Below, one piece after another: positions 17,829 through 28,041 of a stretch of 64,000 bases of DNA. Position 1 is the stretch's first letter. Each line of letters opens with the position of its first letter. The notes beneath the pieces are model-generated. The model was not told the origin of the DNA, ran no database searches, and saw nothing but the letters and a program-made list of their open reading frames with translations. Location: the NCBI GenBank assembly GCA_051251855.1, contig JBPOGI010000007.1, positions 198,863 to 262,862 of the forward strand, in the 5' to 3' direction. The DNA comes from Roseibacillus sp. GTDB lineage: Bacteria; Verrucomicrobiota; Verrucomicrobiia; Verrucomicrobiales; Akkermansiaceae. The position numbers and the translations under genes are program-made.

Positions 17829-18332
17829 ATGAAAGTGTTCCTGGCGCTCGGCTCGAATCTCGGTAATCGCCTTGGTAACCTTCAACGTGCGCGCCAGCTT
17901 CTGTCAGCCCTGTCTGTTGGCGACATGCAATCGGCCGCTCTCTACGAAACCGATCCCCTCGACTGCCCACCAGATTCGCCCGCCTTTCTTAATAGCGCGA
18001 TCTCCTTCCAAACTGAACTCTCCCCCGAAGAACTCCTCGCCAAAACCCAAGCCATCGAGAGCCACCTCGGTCGGGAAGCCAAAGAGACTCGCGCTACCAA
18101 CGCCCCCCGCCCCGTCGATATCGATCTTCTCTGCTGTGGCGAAGAGGTACGTCTGACGGACGACCTAACCCTCCCCCACCCACGCCTCCACGAACGCCTC
18201 TTTGTTCTCTACCCCTTACGCGACTTGGCCCCGACCCTCATTCCTCCCACCCACGCCAACCCCATCTCCATTCTGCTAGAACTTTGCGAATCAACCGAAC
18301 TCCCGCCGCTCCTGCTTCAGGCCGCGTGGTAG
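17829..18332 (+). CDS. folK: 2-amino-4-hydroxy-6-hydroxymethyldihydropteridine diphosphokinase
   Basis: VFLALGSNLGNR, RPVDIDLL and LTLPHPRLHERLFVLYPL are HPPK motifs. Confidence 0.88.
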   Translation: MKVFLALGSNLGNRLGNLQRARQLLSALSVGDMQSAALYETDPLDCPPDSPAFLNSAISFQTELSPEELLAKTQAIESHLGREAKETRATNAPRPVDIDLLCCGEEVRLTDDLTLPHPRLHERLFVLYPLRDLAPTLIPPTHANPISILLELCESTELPPLLLQAAW

Positions 18333-18368
18333 TCTTTGCATTTCTCTCTATCTGGAGGACACTCCGCC

Positions 18369-18851
18369 ATGGAGCACATCATCCAAGAGCAATTCCTCCC
18401 CATCTCTCGCGAAGAAGCATGGGAATTCTTCTCACACCCCCTTAATCTCGATAAAATCACCCCCGACGACCTCGGCTTCTCGACCACAAGCTGCCCCGAG
18501 GGCCCCGTCTATCCAGGTGCCATCATCATTCACAAAATCAAGCTCGCTCCAGGCCTCTCCATCCCTTGGGTCACCGAGATCAAAGCAGTCGAGAAAGGCT
18601 ACTCTTTCGTTGACGAACAACGCTTCGGACCCTACCGCTTCTGGCATCACCGCCACTCTTTCGAAGACGCGGAGGGGGGCGTCCTCATCCGAGACGAAGT
18701 TCATTGGAAAGTTCCCTTTGAGCCCTTCAGCGCTCCCATCAAAGCCCTTTTCGTAAAGCCCAAAACCTTGGGCATCTTTGAGCATCGCAAAAAAATCCTC
18801 GCCGATTACTTCGCTAAAAACGCTAGCGAGAATGAACCGGAGTCGGTTTGA
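18369..18851 (+). CDS. SRPBCC-superfamily ligand-binding protein
   Basis: ~160 aa with FVDEQRFGPYRFWHHRHSFE, typical of the COG4276-type SRPBCC family. Start taken at ATG 18369 rather than TTG 18336. Confidence 0.65.
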   Translation: MEHIIQEQFLPISREEAWEFFSHPLNLDKITPDDLGFSTTSCPEGPVYPGAIIIHKIKLAPGLSIPWVTEIKAVEKGYSFVDEQRFGPYRFWHHRHSFEDAEGGVLIRDEVHWKVPFEPFSAPIKALFVKPKTLGIFEHRKKILADYFAKNASENEPESV

Positions 18852-19164
18852 GCTGCTCCTTCTGTTGTCGAGCAGCAACCATAAACAACCCGAGCGTCAG
18901 AAAGACAAATCCAAGCGTCAACGACATCGTCGGCGTCATCGTCAACAGCGTAATCACTTCACGGCTAAAGGTGAGATGAATGGGATTCACAAGCATTGCC
19001 GCGATATAGGCCGGGTAAATCATCGAAAAGGCCACCAAGATTGCGCCCGAAGACAAGAGCCATCCGCCACGATGACCAGAGCGGACAAGACGAATGCCAA
19101 CCCACACAAGAAGAGTGAGCCCGATGTAACCTACAAAATTCCCTGAATGTAAAAGTGAGGCCAT
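18823..19164 (-). CDS. Small integral membrane protein
   Basis: 113 aa with 3-4 hydrophobic helices. Its start overlaps the stop of the upstream ORF (TAATG at 19162-19166). Its 3' end overlaps the convergent SRPBCC gene by 29 nt. Confidence 0.45.
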   Translation of the reverse strand: MASLLHSGNFVGYIGLTLLVWVGIRLVRSGHRGGWLLSSGAILVAFSMIYPAYIAAMLVNPIHLTFSREVITLLTMTPTMSLTLGFVFLTLGLFMVAARQQKEQLKPTPVHSR

Positions 19165-19508
19165 TAGTCTTCTTTGTTGATGATTTTAGCTTTTTTCCCC
19201 GAAGGGAGATTGCGAAACTTTAAGAACATCCCCGCTCCCAACGCGAGGAATCCAAAGTTGAAATTGAGAGATACCGGATTAACGCTCGCCGTGGGCGTCA
19301 CCTCGGAAATTGCGGTCAGGGGAGCCAGCACCACAAATGAGAACACCATTAAGAATGCCGCGCTTAATAGAAGCATCCGAGTGGTACGCCCTGCACCGGA
19401 AAGGAAGAACATCACTGCCACCGCAAGAACGATTGAGGATGAAGCAAAAACAAGAAAGCGCTCGTCAGAGGCAAAGACATCCAGATAATCTGCAAAATCA
19501 GGTAACAT
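19164..19508 (-). CDS. Small integral membrane protein
   Basis: 114 aa with three hydrophobic helices, apparently translationally coupled to the downstream small membrane ORF. Confidence 0.45.
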   Translation of the reverse strand: MLPDFADYLDVFASDERFLVFASSSIVLAVAVMFFLSGAGRTTRMLLLSAAFLMVFSFVVLAPLTAISEVTPTASVNPVSLNFNFGFLALGAGMFLKFRNLPSGKKAKIINKED

Positions 19509-19672
19509 TGCATGACACTAAATCGGGAAAGGTCGGTCATCACAATAAGATTGAACCACGGATGTTCAGACCATGAAGCCACTAAAACTATAAGCTTTTC
19601 CTTAAGTTTTAGCGGCAGCGTAACTCAGTGCACTCTTGACAGCCACGCGCTCGTGAGGCGATACCGCGCGTG

Positions 19673-20872
19673 ATGAACAAGCTCTCGATTCGCGATTTAG
19701 ACGCAGCAGGAAAGGAAGTTTTGATGCGTGCGGACTTCAACGTCCCCCTCAATGATGCCGGCGAAATCACCGACGACACCCGTATTCAGGCAGCCCTCCC
19801 CTCTATCGAACACCTCAAAAAAGCAGGCGCAAAGCTTGTTCTTTGCTCACACATGGGTCGCCCGAAAGGCGAGCGGAACAGCAAGTATTCTCTTCAACCT
19901 GTCGCTACCCGCCTCAGCGAACTCCTCGGTTGCGAGGTCACATTTGCCAATGACTGTATCGGCGAAGAAGCCGCAGCAGCGCGCGCAGCCCTCACCGACG
20001 GCTCAATTCTTCTTCTCGAAAACACCCGCTTCCACGCCGCCGAAACTGCCAACGAAGCACCCTTTGCTGAAGCACTCGCTGGCACCGCCGAAATCTTCGT
20101 CAACGACGCCTTTGGCACTGCCCACCGCGCCCACGGCTCCACCGAAGGAGTCACTCACCACGTCACCCAAAGTGCCATGGGACTCCTCATGGAGCGCGAA
20201 CTGGAATACCTCGTCGGCAAGGTCGGCAACCCAGACCGCCCTCTTCTCGTCATCATGGGTGGAGCTAAAGTAAGCGACAAAATTCAAGTCATCACCGCCC
20301 TTCTCGACAAAGCCGACACCATCCTCATCGGTGGCGCAATGGCCTACACTTTCCGCAAAGCCCAAGGCTACAAGGTTGGCATGAGCCTCGTAGAGAACGA
20401 TAAGCTCGACCTCGCCCTCGAAATCCTCAAAAAGGCCGAGGAAAAGGGCGTTAAATTCCTTCTTCCTGCCGACACTCTTATTACTCAGGAATTCAAGGAC
20501 GGAGCTGAGACCCAAAACACCGCCCCTTACGCTGATGGAGGAACCATCCCAGACGATTGGGAAGGTATCGACATCGGCTCAGTTGCTATCGGCGAATTCA
20601 AAAGTGTCGTTGCCGAGGCCAAGACCATTCTCTGGAACGGTCCCATGGGCGTCTTCGAAATCGACACCTTCGCTACCGGCACTAAGGAACTCGCTGAAGC
20701 TGTCGCCGCTAGCGACGCCGTCAGCATCGTGGGTGGAGGCGACTCCGTCACCGCTGCCAACAAGTTCGGTGTCGCTGACCGCATGACATTCATCTCCACT
20801 GGAGGAGGAGCCAGCCTCGAGCTTCTCGAAGGCAAGGACCTCCCTGGAGTCGCCGCCCTTAGCGAAGCCTAA
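19673..20872 (+). CDS. pgk: Phosphoglycerate kinase
   Basis: MNKLSIRDLD..GK.VLMRADFNVPL, SHMGRPKG, FVNDAFGTAHRAH and STGGGASLE are canonical PGK motifs. Confidence 0.95.
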   Translation: MNKLSIRDLDAAGKEVLMRADFNVPLNDAGEITDDTRIQAALPSIEHLKKAGAKLVLCSHMGRPKGERNSKYSLQPVATRLSELLGCEVTFANDCIGEEAAAARAALTDGSILLLENTRFHAAETANEAPFAEALAGTAEIFVNDAFGTAHRAHGSTEGVTHHVTQSAMGLLMERELEYLVGKVGNPDRPLLVIMGGAKVSDKIQVITALLDKADTILIGGAMAYTFRKAQGYKVGMSLVENDKLDLALEILKKAEEKGVKFLLPADTLITQEFKDGAETQNTAPYADGGTIPDDWEGIDIGSVAIGEFKSVVAEAKTILWNGPMGVFEIDTFATGTKELAEAVAASDAVSIVGGGDSVTAANKFGVADRMTFISTGGGASLELLEGKDLPGVAALSEA

Positions 20873-20890
20873 AAAGCGCTCTCTTTTTAA

Positions 20891-20928
20891 AAAGCCGCCC
20901 TTCGAACCATTCGTCGGGCGGCTTTTTT
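20891..20928 (+). terminator. Rho-independent terminator after pgk
   Basis: AGCCGCCC (20893-20900) pairs with GGGCGGCT (20916-20923). A T-run follows. Confidence 0.7.
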
Positions 20929-20987
20929 GTATAACATGGCAAAGAACGAACTACCCCACACCGCTCAATCCCAATAGAATCCGCCCT

Positions 20988-21356
20988 GTGAGCAGTCTCA
21001 ATGTAGCCGTCGTGCTAACCCTCATCACCGGATTCGGTGGAGCCGTCGCTGGTGGCTACGTCTTCCGCGCCCCTTGGTGGTCTTGGCCGCTCATGGGAAT
21101 CGCTGGTCTTTTTATCGGACTGATCGGAGCCATCATTCAGAACCAGATACGCATTCGCTTTCTGGAAAAAGGCGATGAAAACGAAAAAGGATTCCTCGGA
21201 GGCCTCCGCTTCGCAGCCAAGCTTGTCCTTCCCTTCGTTGCGGTAATTCTTGTTACCATTGTCACCGTCACAGGTTCCGTCTTTCTCACCAAAGCGATCT
21301 GGCCCGAACTCGCAGCGAATCCCCGCGACCTCGGTCGTCTCGAAGGTTCCCTCTAA
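20988..21356 (+). CDS. Small hypothetical membrane protein
   Basis: 122 aa with a GTG start and three predicted helices. No family motif. Confidence 0.4.
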   Translation: MSSLNVAVVLTLITGFGGAVAGGYVFRAPWWSWPLMGIAGLFIGLIGAIIQNQIRIRFLEKGDENEKGFLGGLRFAAKLVLPFVAVILVTIVTVTGSVFLTKAIWPELAANPRDLGRLEGSL

Positions 21357-21370
21357 GGAGAGAGGAGAGG

Positions 21371-22117
21371 CTAACGCCCTACCTCATACCAAAACTGATT
21401 CGCTGCCTCTCGATCTGTCCCTCGAAAGACGCGCCAGACGAAGCGTGGGTTGAGAAACAGATACCAATCCCCAAACTGGTCGAACTTACGACACGACGTC
21501 GTTAAAGGAGCCTGCACATTCGTCCCAAAACGCCGTCTCGTCGCTTTGCCGTGAGCCTTAAGCCTCTTCGCAAAATCCAAGTCCTCAATAGATACCAGCT
21601 CTTCATTGAAGCCTCCGATCGCTCGAAAGTCCCTCGTCTGGCACCAGAAAAGCCCGAATGAAACCCCGTGCCAAATCAGATACGGCATCACCGACCCCAC
21701 ACTAAAGAAGATGCCCAACGACCAGCGCTCCGGAAGGGTGAAGCTTCCCCCTCCTACAAACTTCCCTGTCGCTAGCTTCTCCTGAATCACTTCAAAAGTC
21801 CATTTATGCGGAACACTATCGGCATCGCAGGTCACCAGAATCGGTGCCGTCGCCACTGCAGCGCCTGCATTGCGAATCTTCGAAAGGTTGGCCTCATCTT
21901 CCCTCACGATTTTCGCGCCCGCCTCGCATGCAATCGCCTCCGTGCCATCAGAACATCGATTCAGCACCACAATCACCTCCACCTCAATCTTCGAAAAAGC
22001 CTCTGCCTGCTTCACCCCTACGAGACACTTGGGCAAAAACTGTTCCTCATTATGAGCAGGAATAACGATGGAGATGTCAGCGATGGCGGAAGCTACTCCA
22101 TCAACGGAGCTGGTCAA
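21371..22117 (-). CDS. Family 2 glycosyltransferase
   Basis: ISIVIPAHNEEQFLPKCL and TCDADS (DxD-like) match GT2 N-terminal domain organisation. The start codon is TTG. Confidence 0.75.
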   Translation of the reverse strand: MTSSVDGVASAIADISIVIPAHNEEQFLPKCLVGVKQAEAFSKIEVEVIVVLNRCSDGTEAIACEAGAKIVREDEANLSKIRNAGAAVATAPILVTCDADSVPHKWTFEVIQEKLATGKFVGGGSFTLPERWSLGIFFSVGSVMPYLIWHGVSFGLFWCQTRDFRAIGGFNEELVSIEDLDFAKRLKAHGKATRRRFGTNVQAPLTTSCRKFDQFGDWYLFLNPRFVWRVFRGTDREAANQFWYEVGR

Positions 22118-22159
22118 TCGTCGGTCAATGAGAAAGAGGAGACCTCTTTTCTCTGCAAC

Positions 22160-24979
22160 TTATTTCCAATTCACCCTGACCCGTTGCTTCTCTGCCGAGA
22201 ACTCAAGAGACCTCCCCCTTGAACCGTTTGATCTCAGCCGAGTCTCTCTAATTCTTCTCCAATTGCCTCCCTGTTTTTCCTCAACTATAAAGTCCAGAAA
22301 AGCTTCAGGTTCATTTTGCGGCTCCCCGTCCAAGGCCACAAAAACCTGAGAGTGGGGGTCCAGAATGACCTTCATCGAACCTAGTAAGAATCGAATGGGG
22401 TTGTCCGTTTGATTATGAGCAAAAAATCCTCCCTCTACATCCCCGACAACTTCTGCCACCAATTTCCGTAATTCAACCCGCTCTTCATTCTTGCTCTCCT
22501 TCTGTCCCAATAGCCGAAGCACCAGCTGAGAATCTTCACCCAAGGCTCCACGCAGTCCCATCCCCCAAAGAGCCACCCCACTCGCGAACTGAAAGTCCCC
22601 ATCCGCCTTCGTCCAAGACTTCGCGTCCCCCTGCAAAACAAACTGCTGCAACTTACTGACCTCCCCATCCGGCGCTTTGTGCCGCAACTTCACAGTCATC
22701 CAGTCCGGAGAATCATCCTTAGGGCGCACCTCTACTTGCTCTTGATATTTCAAATCATCCACTTCAGGCCGAACCGTATCCTTCACTTCCACCGGAACAA
22801 CCTCATAGAAAGCCGTCACCTGATGGCCTGAGCCAACATCCCCCGCATCCACCATATCATTATTGAAGTCCTCTTTCTTTAAAACCCGGTTGGCATATCC
22901 AATCAAACGATACTGGCCCACCTTGGCAGGATTGAACTCTACTTGAATTTTCACATCCTTCGCAATCGTCACCAGAGTTCCCGTCAACTTCTCCAAGAAT
23001 ACTCGACGCCCCTCGGCCAAACTATCGACGTAGTAGTAGACTCCATTACCGTCGTTGGTAATCGCCTCCAACATCGAATCATTCAGATTCCCGCGACCAA
23101 AGCCACACACGCTCAAGAAAACACCATCCTGCGCCTCCTTCTTCACCAACTCTACCAAAGCCTCGCGACTGGTCGTTCCTACATTAAAGTCCCCATCCGT
23201 GGCTAAAATCACGCGATTGATTCCCCCCGTCACAAAGTTCTCCTTCGCCAAGCGATAGGCCAACTCAATCCCTGCTCCGCCATTCGTCGAACCTCCAGCG
23301 GAAAGTCTCCCGAGCGCTGCCGCCACCTTCTCACGACCACCCTGGCCCATTTTCGTTGGCTCCAACGCCACCCCTTCACTGCCAGCGTAGACCACAATCG
23401 CCACCCGGTCCTCTTCTTGCAACTCTTCTACTAACAATCCTAAAGACTCAACAAGAAGAGGGAGCTTGTCCGAATCCTGCATCGAACCCGAGACATCAAT
23501 CAAAAAAACGAGATTAGCCGCTCCCCGCTCATCCTTCTTGATATCCTTTCCCTGCAAAGCCACCCGCACCAGATTGTGCTTTGGCTCCCAAGGACAAGTC
23601 GCCATCTCCAATCCCACGCCGAAGGCCTCACCGTTGTCAGGCTGGGGATAATTGTAATCAAAATAGTTCACCAACTCCTCGATCCGCACCGCATCTTTGG
23701 GCACCGCCACACCATCTCTCAACATGCGACGAATGTTGGTGTAGCTCGCGGTATCAACATCGACTGAGAAAGTCGAGAGAGCCTCCTTCAAAGGATTCTT
23801 CCACGGCTGGTCGGTCAACTCCGCATATTTCGAGCCAGGCTCGCTATCTAGAATCATTGCTCGGTTTGCATAAGCTTGACCTCGTATGTTCAAGTTGCGC
23901 ATCTTCGCTCTCTCCTCTGCACCTCGCCCCCAACCATCCCCAAAGTCAGACGGCTTTCCAAAGCTTGGCAACTTTGCCAGAACCTTTGGCGCGGGAGAGC
24001 TTGGTTGAGCGGGACGCCTACTCGCATTCATAGCTATCGCCTCCATCTTTTCCGCTGGTGCTGCCTCAGCAATCGCTCCAAATCTCCTCAAAGCCACTTT
24101 CTCCGAGGAATGCTTCAACTTGGCCTCCTGGAGCTGCGCAAGCGCCGACTCATACTCTCTTTCCGCTTCCTTATAGTCGTGCATCTCTGTGGCCAATTCA
24201 ACCAACTCCGCATCCTTCTCTTCCCTCGTTCCTTCCATCACAAGCAACTGCTCCGAAATCATTTCATAGTTAGTACGAAGACCTTCCCTCAACGTTCCAA
24301 CCGAACTCTCCAGCTCTTCTTTCAAACCATTGAGCCTATTCTCTTGAACCACTATCGACGGGTGCCTTTCACCAAGCCCTGAAGCCTTCAACTGCTCCAA
24401 TTCACCTTCCGTCTTCTCATACTTCTGGTGCAAACCTCGAACCGAATTATTATCCACTGGCAACTCCGCCGCGTAACGAAGGACTTGTTCGTCATCAAGC
24501 GTCTCCATTCTGTTGAGGTAAATTCCATACTGATCGCGATTCTTCTTCATCTCGAAGGCGTTCTTCTCAGCCATCATCTTTAACTGAGTCTTAGTTAACT
24601 GGGAACTATTGCTGGAACTATGAAAATGGGGCCTCCCCGTGATTCTCACGATGGTATCGAGCACCTTCCTCTTCGCCTCCACCTTTTCCTCCTGCGCCCT
24701 AATCAGCGCGTCCAACTCTGCAAGGCGCGCCTCTGCTTCTGCCATCGACTCCACAGCCAGAGTGGGTGGCTCGCTCGGCACATCCTGTCCTTTCTTGGAA
24801 TACAAAACCGCTATTGCGGCAAACAAGACCATCGCCGCAACGGCGAGCACAGTCCTCACAAAATTACCCCTTCTGACTTTGGATTTGGCATTCGTGTCAA
24901 CTCCCTCAGCCAAGTTTACATCACTCTCCCCGCGCAGCAGCGCATCCATCAAACGGTCATCGATCTCTTCTTTTTTCAT
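22160..24979 (-). CDS. Membrane-anchored anti-sigma-like protein with coiled coil, vWA domain and DUF3520-type C-terminal region (YfbK-like)
   Basis: A short cytoplasmic N-terminus and one TM helix (TVLAVAAMVLFAAIAVL) lie 48 bp downstream of an ECF sigma gene. LSTFSVDVDTASYTNIRRML..., NLVFLIDVSGSM (vWA MIDAS) and ILATDGDFNVG are characteristic of the YfbK vWA/DUF3520 family. Confidence 0.75.
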   Translation of the reverse strand: MKKEEIDDRLMDALLRGESDVNLAEGVDTNAKSKVRRGNFVRTVLAVAAMVLFAAIAVLYSKKGQDVPSEPPTLAVESMAEAEARLAELDALIRAQEEKVEAKRKVLDTIVRITGRPHFHSSSNSSQLTKTQLKMMAEKNAFEMKKNRDQYGIYLNRMETLDDEQVLRYAAELPVDNNSVRGLHQKYEKTEGELEQLKASGLGERHPSIVVQENRLNGLKEELESSVGTLREGLRTNYEMISEQLLVMEGTREEKDAELVELATEMHDYKEAEREYESALAQLQEAKLKHSSEKVALRRFGAIAEAAPAEKMEAIAMNASRRPAQPSSPAPKVLAKLPSFGKPSDFGDGWGRGAEERAKMRNLNIRGQAYANRAMILDSEPGSKYAELTDQPWKNPLKEALSTFSVDVDTASYTNIRRMLRDGVAVPKDAVRIEELVNYFDYNYPQPDNGEAFGVGLEMATCPWEPKHNLVRVALQGKDIKKDERGAANLVFLIDVSGSMQDSDKLPLLVESLGLLVEELQEEDRVAIVVYAGSEGVALEPTKMGQGGREKVAAALGRLSAGGSTNGGAGIELAYRLAKENFVTGGINRVILATDGDFNVGTTSREALVELVKKEAQDGVFLSVCGFGRGNLNDSMLEAITNDGNGVYYYVDSLAEGRRVFLEKLTGTLVTIAKDVKIQVEFNPAKVGQYRLIGYANRVLKKEDFNNDMVDAGDVGSGHQVTAFYEVVPVEVKDTVRPEVDDLKYQEQVEVRPKDDSPDWMTVKLRHKAPDGEVSKLQQFVLQGDAKSWTKADGDFQFASGVALWGMGLRGALGEDSQLVLRLLGQKESKNEERVELRKLVAEVVGDVEGGFFAHNQTDNPIRFLLGSMKVILDPHSQVFVALDGEPQNEPEAFLDFIVEEKQGGNWRRIRETRLRSNGSRGRSLEFSAEKQRVRVNWK

Positions 24980-25027
24980 CGTCTTCTCCTCTTAAAAATT
25001 ACTTTGCGTCCTTGCGGTTCAAAAATT

Positions 25028-25555
25028 CTATCTCGCTAACTGCAAACACTCCTTCAAAAGCGCCCTCGCCCTCTCCAGCCTCTTTCTCACTGTCGCCGCC
25101 GCTATCCCCAGCCTGTCCCCCACCGCCTCACTCTTCATCCCCTCGTCATAACTCAGATTGATCACCTCCCCCATTTCCTCGGGTAACTTCTCGCGGCACT
25201 CTGCCAATTCATCAAAGACCGCAGGTCGCTCCACCAAAGCTTCCATCTTCGCTTCCAAGTATTCCAAATCCTCGTTCGCAAACTCCAGCTTCCGCCCCTG
25301 CTTGCGGCAAACGTCCTTCCACTTATTCCGAACAATCCCCCGTAACCAAGAACCGACATCACGAGTAACATCGAACCTCTCCATCCCTTTCCAAGCCGCC
25401 ACCAACGACTCCTGCACGACTTCCCGCGCCACTGACTCGTCCCGCAAGAGCGTGCGGGCATACACCAGCATCATATCCTGGTGCTCACGTGCCACTTGCC
25501 CAAATACCGGGCGACTCAATGCTACCTCTTCTTTCATTACTACTACGCCACTCAT
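25028..25555 (-). CDS. ECF-type RNA polymerase sigma factor
   Basis: Region 2 (ARTLLRDESVAREVVQESLVAAWKGMERFD...SWLRGIVRNK) and region 4 (GMKSEAVGDRLGIAAATVRKRLERAR) are present. Start set to the internal ATG 25555; the longer ORF to 25693 adds an implausible hydrophobic leader. Confidence 0.75.
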   Translation of the reverse strand: MSGVVVMKEEVALSRPVFGQVAREHQDMMLVYARTLLRDESVAREVVQESLVAAWKGMERFDVTRDVGSWLRGIVRNKWKDVCRKQGRKLEFANEDLEYLEAKMEALVERPAVFDELAECREKLPEEMGEVINLSYDEGMKSEAVGDRLGIAAATVRKRLERARALLKECLQLAR

Positions 25556-25774
25556 AACGTCACCCCCTATTCGCCGCAGCCTCACAAACTGTGACAAAAG
25601 AATGAGAAAAATCTCCGAAAACGACAAACCAAGGCCCACCAATGAAAAAAAACTTAAGAAATCATGACTTCTTAAAAACTCGAACGATGTCAAAAAGAAG
25701 ACAAGACTACCCTTGTTCCTTTGTTAATCCCAGTTGTAACGCCTATCGACTAACTAACGACTTCTATACCCACC

Positions 25775-26794
25775 GTGCCCCTCGAGAACACTCTCCCGGC
25801 CCTATCAGCGCTCGACAACCCCTCGAGCGACTCCTTTGCGTCCCCCAGCAACAGCCCACTCGAGCCTCAAGCTCCCGAGAATTGGGATGGTAATATTCTA
25901 TCTGCAATTTCAGAAGTCACCACTCGATACCGCCCTCTCAACAAAATTGGCACTGGAGCTTCCGCCGAAGTCTTCCGGGCCCTCGACAGCCGCTTCGATC
26001 GCCACGTCGCCCTCAAGCGCTTCAATCAAGCCACCCTCGACAGCTCTCCAGCCGAGTCTGACTACCTCTCAGAAGTCGCTGCTGTATCTAAAATCTGTCA
26101 TCCCAATGTCGTCCGTGCCTATGACCTCGACGACGATGAAGACGGTACCTTTATCATCTTCGAACTCATTGAGGGCATTGACCTTGAGGAAAAACTCAAA
26201 GAGCGCCCGCTCAACGCAGACGAAGTACGCCACTTCCTCGTCCAAGCCCTCGAAGCTCTCGTCGCGGTTCACCAGCAAGGCATCGCTCACCTCGATCTGA
26301 AGCCAGCTAACTTCATGGAGACCTCCTCTGCCAACGGTATTCCTCACTTCACCCTCATCGACTTTGGCCGCGCCTGCGATGCGGCCCGCGAAAAAGAACG
26401 CCGTGAGAATAAGGACAAAAAGAGTTTACGTGGCTCCATTCACTACATGGCCCCCGAGCAGTTCACCAATGGCGTCCTCGATGCACGCACGGACCTCTAC
26501 GCCCTCGGTGCCATGGCTTACGAATTTCTCACCGGAGAAAAGCCTTTCGACGGCGACAACACCATTCAGGTCATGTCCGCCCACCTCACCAGCCGCGTCA
26601 AGCCCATTGGAGAAATTCTGCCCGACCTCCCGGCCGGCATGGCCCCTTGGATCATGGCTCTCATCGCGAACACTCCCGAGGCCCGCCCCCAGACCGCCAA
26701 AGAAGCCCTCCGCAGCTTCCTCAGCCTTTCCACCCTTCAGTTCAGCTCCCTCGAAGTCACCGAGCCCTTCCCCGTTTTAGACAAGACCGCGTAA
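25775..26794 (+). CDS. Ser/Thr protein kinase (Hanks type), soluble
   Basis: VALK, HLDLKPANF, DFGRA and GSIHYMAPEQ are the catalytic motifs. GTG start; no TM segment. Confidence 0.8.
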   Translation: MPLENTLPALSALDNPSSDSFASPSNSPLEPQAPENWDGNILSAISEVTTRYRPLNKIGTGASAEVFRALDSRFDRHVALKRFNQATLDSSPAESDYLSEVAAVSKICHPNVVRAYDLDDDEDGTFIIFELIEGIDLEEKLKERPLNADEVRHFLVQALEALVAVHQQGIAHLDLKPANFMETSSANGIPHFTLIDFGRACDAAREKERRENKDKKSLRGSIHYMAPEQFTNGVLDARTDLYALGAMAYEFLTGEKPFDGDNTIQVMSAHLTSRVKPIGEILPDLPAGMAPWIMALIANTPEARPQTAKEALRSFLSLSTLQFSSLEVTEPFPVLDKTA

Positions 26795-26850
26795 CGAACG
26801 CAGACAAATCTCCTTTCCCGACTCAAGGAAAGCGACTAACACTCGGGGCT

Positions 26851-28041
26851 GTGAAAACGGCCTATTTCGACCTCGTCTCCGGAGCCTCGGGAGACATGAT
26901 TCTTGGCGCTCTTGTTGATGCGGGACTCCCTGCCGAAACACTCTCCTCCGAACTCGCCAAACTCCATCTCGACGACTTTCAACTCGCAACTAAGAAGGTC
27001 CTCAAGAACTGCTTCTCCGCCACCAAGGTCGACGTCAATGTTTCCGATCACGCGCCAGAGCGACACCTCGCCGACTTACAGAAAGTAGTCAATGACTCTC
27101 ATCTCTCCAACGCCGTCAAAGAAAAAGCCAATCGCATCTTCTATCGTATCTGTGAAGCCGAAGCCGCCATCCACAACTCCGAAGTTGATAAGGTGCACCT
27201 CCACGAAGTCGGCGGCGTCGATGCCATCGTCGACGTCTGCGGAGCCCTCGCAGGCATGGAAGCCCTCGGCATCGAGCGCGTTATCGTCTCGCCCTTCCCT
27301 CTCGGGCGCGGATTTGTCTTTGGTGCTCATGGCCAAATCCCCCTCCCTGCTCCCGCCGCACTCTCACTCCTCAAAGGCTGTCCTGTTACGGGAAGCCCCA
27401 TTGAAAAAGAATTAGTCACCCCCACCGGCGCCGCCATCCTCTCCGAAGTCGCCGATGGCTACGGCCCCATCCCTCCCATGACCCTCGACTCCATTGGCTA
27501 CGGGGCCGGCACTGCTGACTTCAAATACCCTAACGTAATGCGCCTTATCCTTGGCGACTCCGAACAAACCGGAGGACTCATCACCGAAACCCTTGTCCAA
27601 CTCGAAAGTAATCTCGACGATGAATCCCCCGAAGTGATGGGCCACGTCTCTCGCCTCCTCATGGACCAAGGCGCCCTCGACGTCGCTCTCATACCCGCTC
27701 AAATGAAAAAGGACCGGCCCGGCGTCCTCATTCAAGTTCTCGCCAAACCTTCTCACGCCGACAGCCTTCAAAACACCCTGCTCGCTCAAACGTCTACCTT
27801 AGGCGTCCGACGCAGCGAAGTTCGGCGCGACTCCCTCCCCCGCCGTATTGAAACCATCGAGACTGAAAACGGTCCCATCCGCGTGAAAATCGCCGAAGTC
27901 CCAGGGTTCGCCGCCAAAGTCATCCCCGAATACGAAGACTGTCGCCTCGCCGCCGAAGAATCAGGGCTCCCGCTCAGCGAAATCTTCCAAACCGTCAGGC
28001 ACGACGCCGCCCACAAGCTCAATCTGCCTCACGACCACTAG
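26851..28041 (+). CDS. larC: Nickel-pincer cofactor nickel insertion protein LarC (DUF111 family)
   Basis: AYFDLVSGASGDMILGALVDAGL and VHLHEVGGVDAIVD are LarC motifs. Start placed at the in-frame GTG 26851 so that it does not overlap the kinase gene. Confidence 0.8.
   Translation: MKTAYFDLVSGASGDMILGALVDAGLPAETLSSELAKLHLDDFQLATKKVLKNCFSATKVDVNVSDHAPERHLADLQKVVNDSHLSNAVKEKANRIFYRICEAEAAIHNSEVDKVHLHEVGGVDAIVDVCGALAGMEALGIERVIVSPFPLGRGFVFGAHGQIPLPAPAALSLLKGCPVTGSPIEKELVTPTGAAILSEVADGYGPIPPMTLDSIGYGAGTADFKYPNVMRLILGDSEQTGGLITETLVQLESNLDDESPEVMGHVSRLLMDQGALDVALIPAQMKKDRPGVLIQVLAKPSHADSLQNTLLAQTSTLGVRRSEVRRDSLPRRIETIETENGPIRVKIAEVPGFAAKVIPEYEDCRLAAEESGLPLSEIFQTVRHDAAHKLNLPHDH

Noticed and set aside
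26647-26850. N-terminal 68-aa extension of the larC ORF overlapping the kinase gene by ~150 bp
   Set aside because: The extension is Pro/Arg-rich low complexity in the shadow of the kinase frame. The conserved LarC N-terminus (AYFD..SG.SGDM) begins right after the in-frame GTG 26851.
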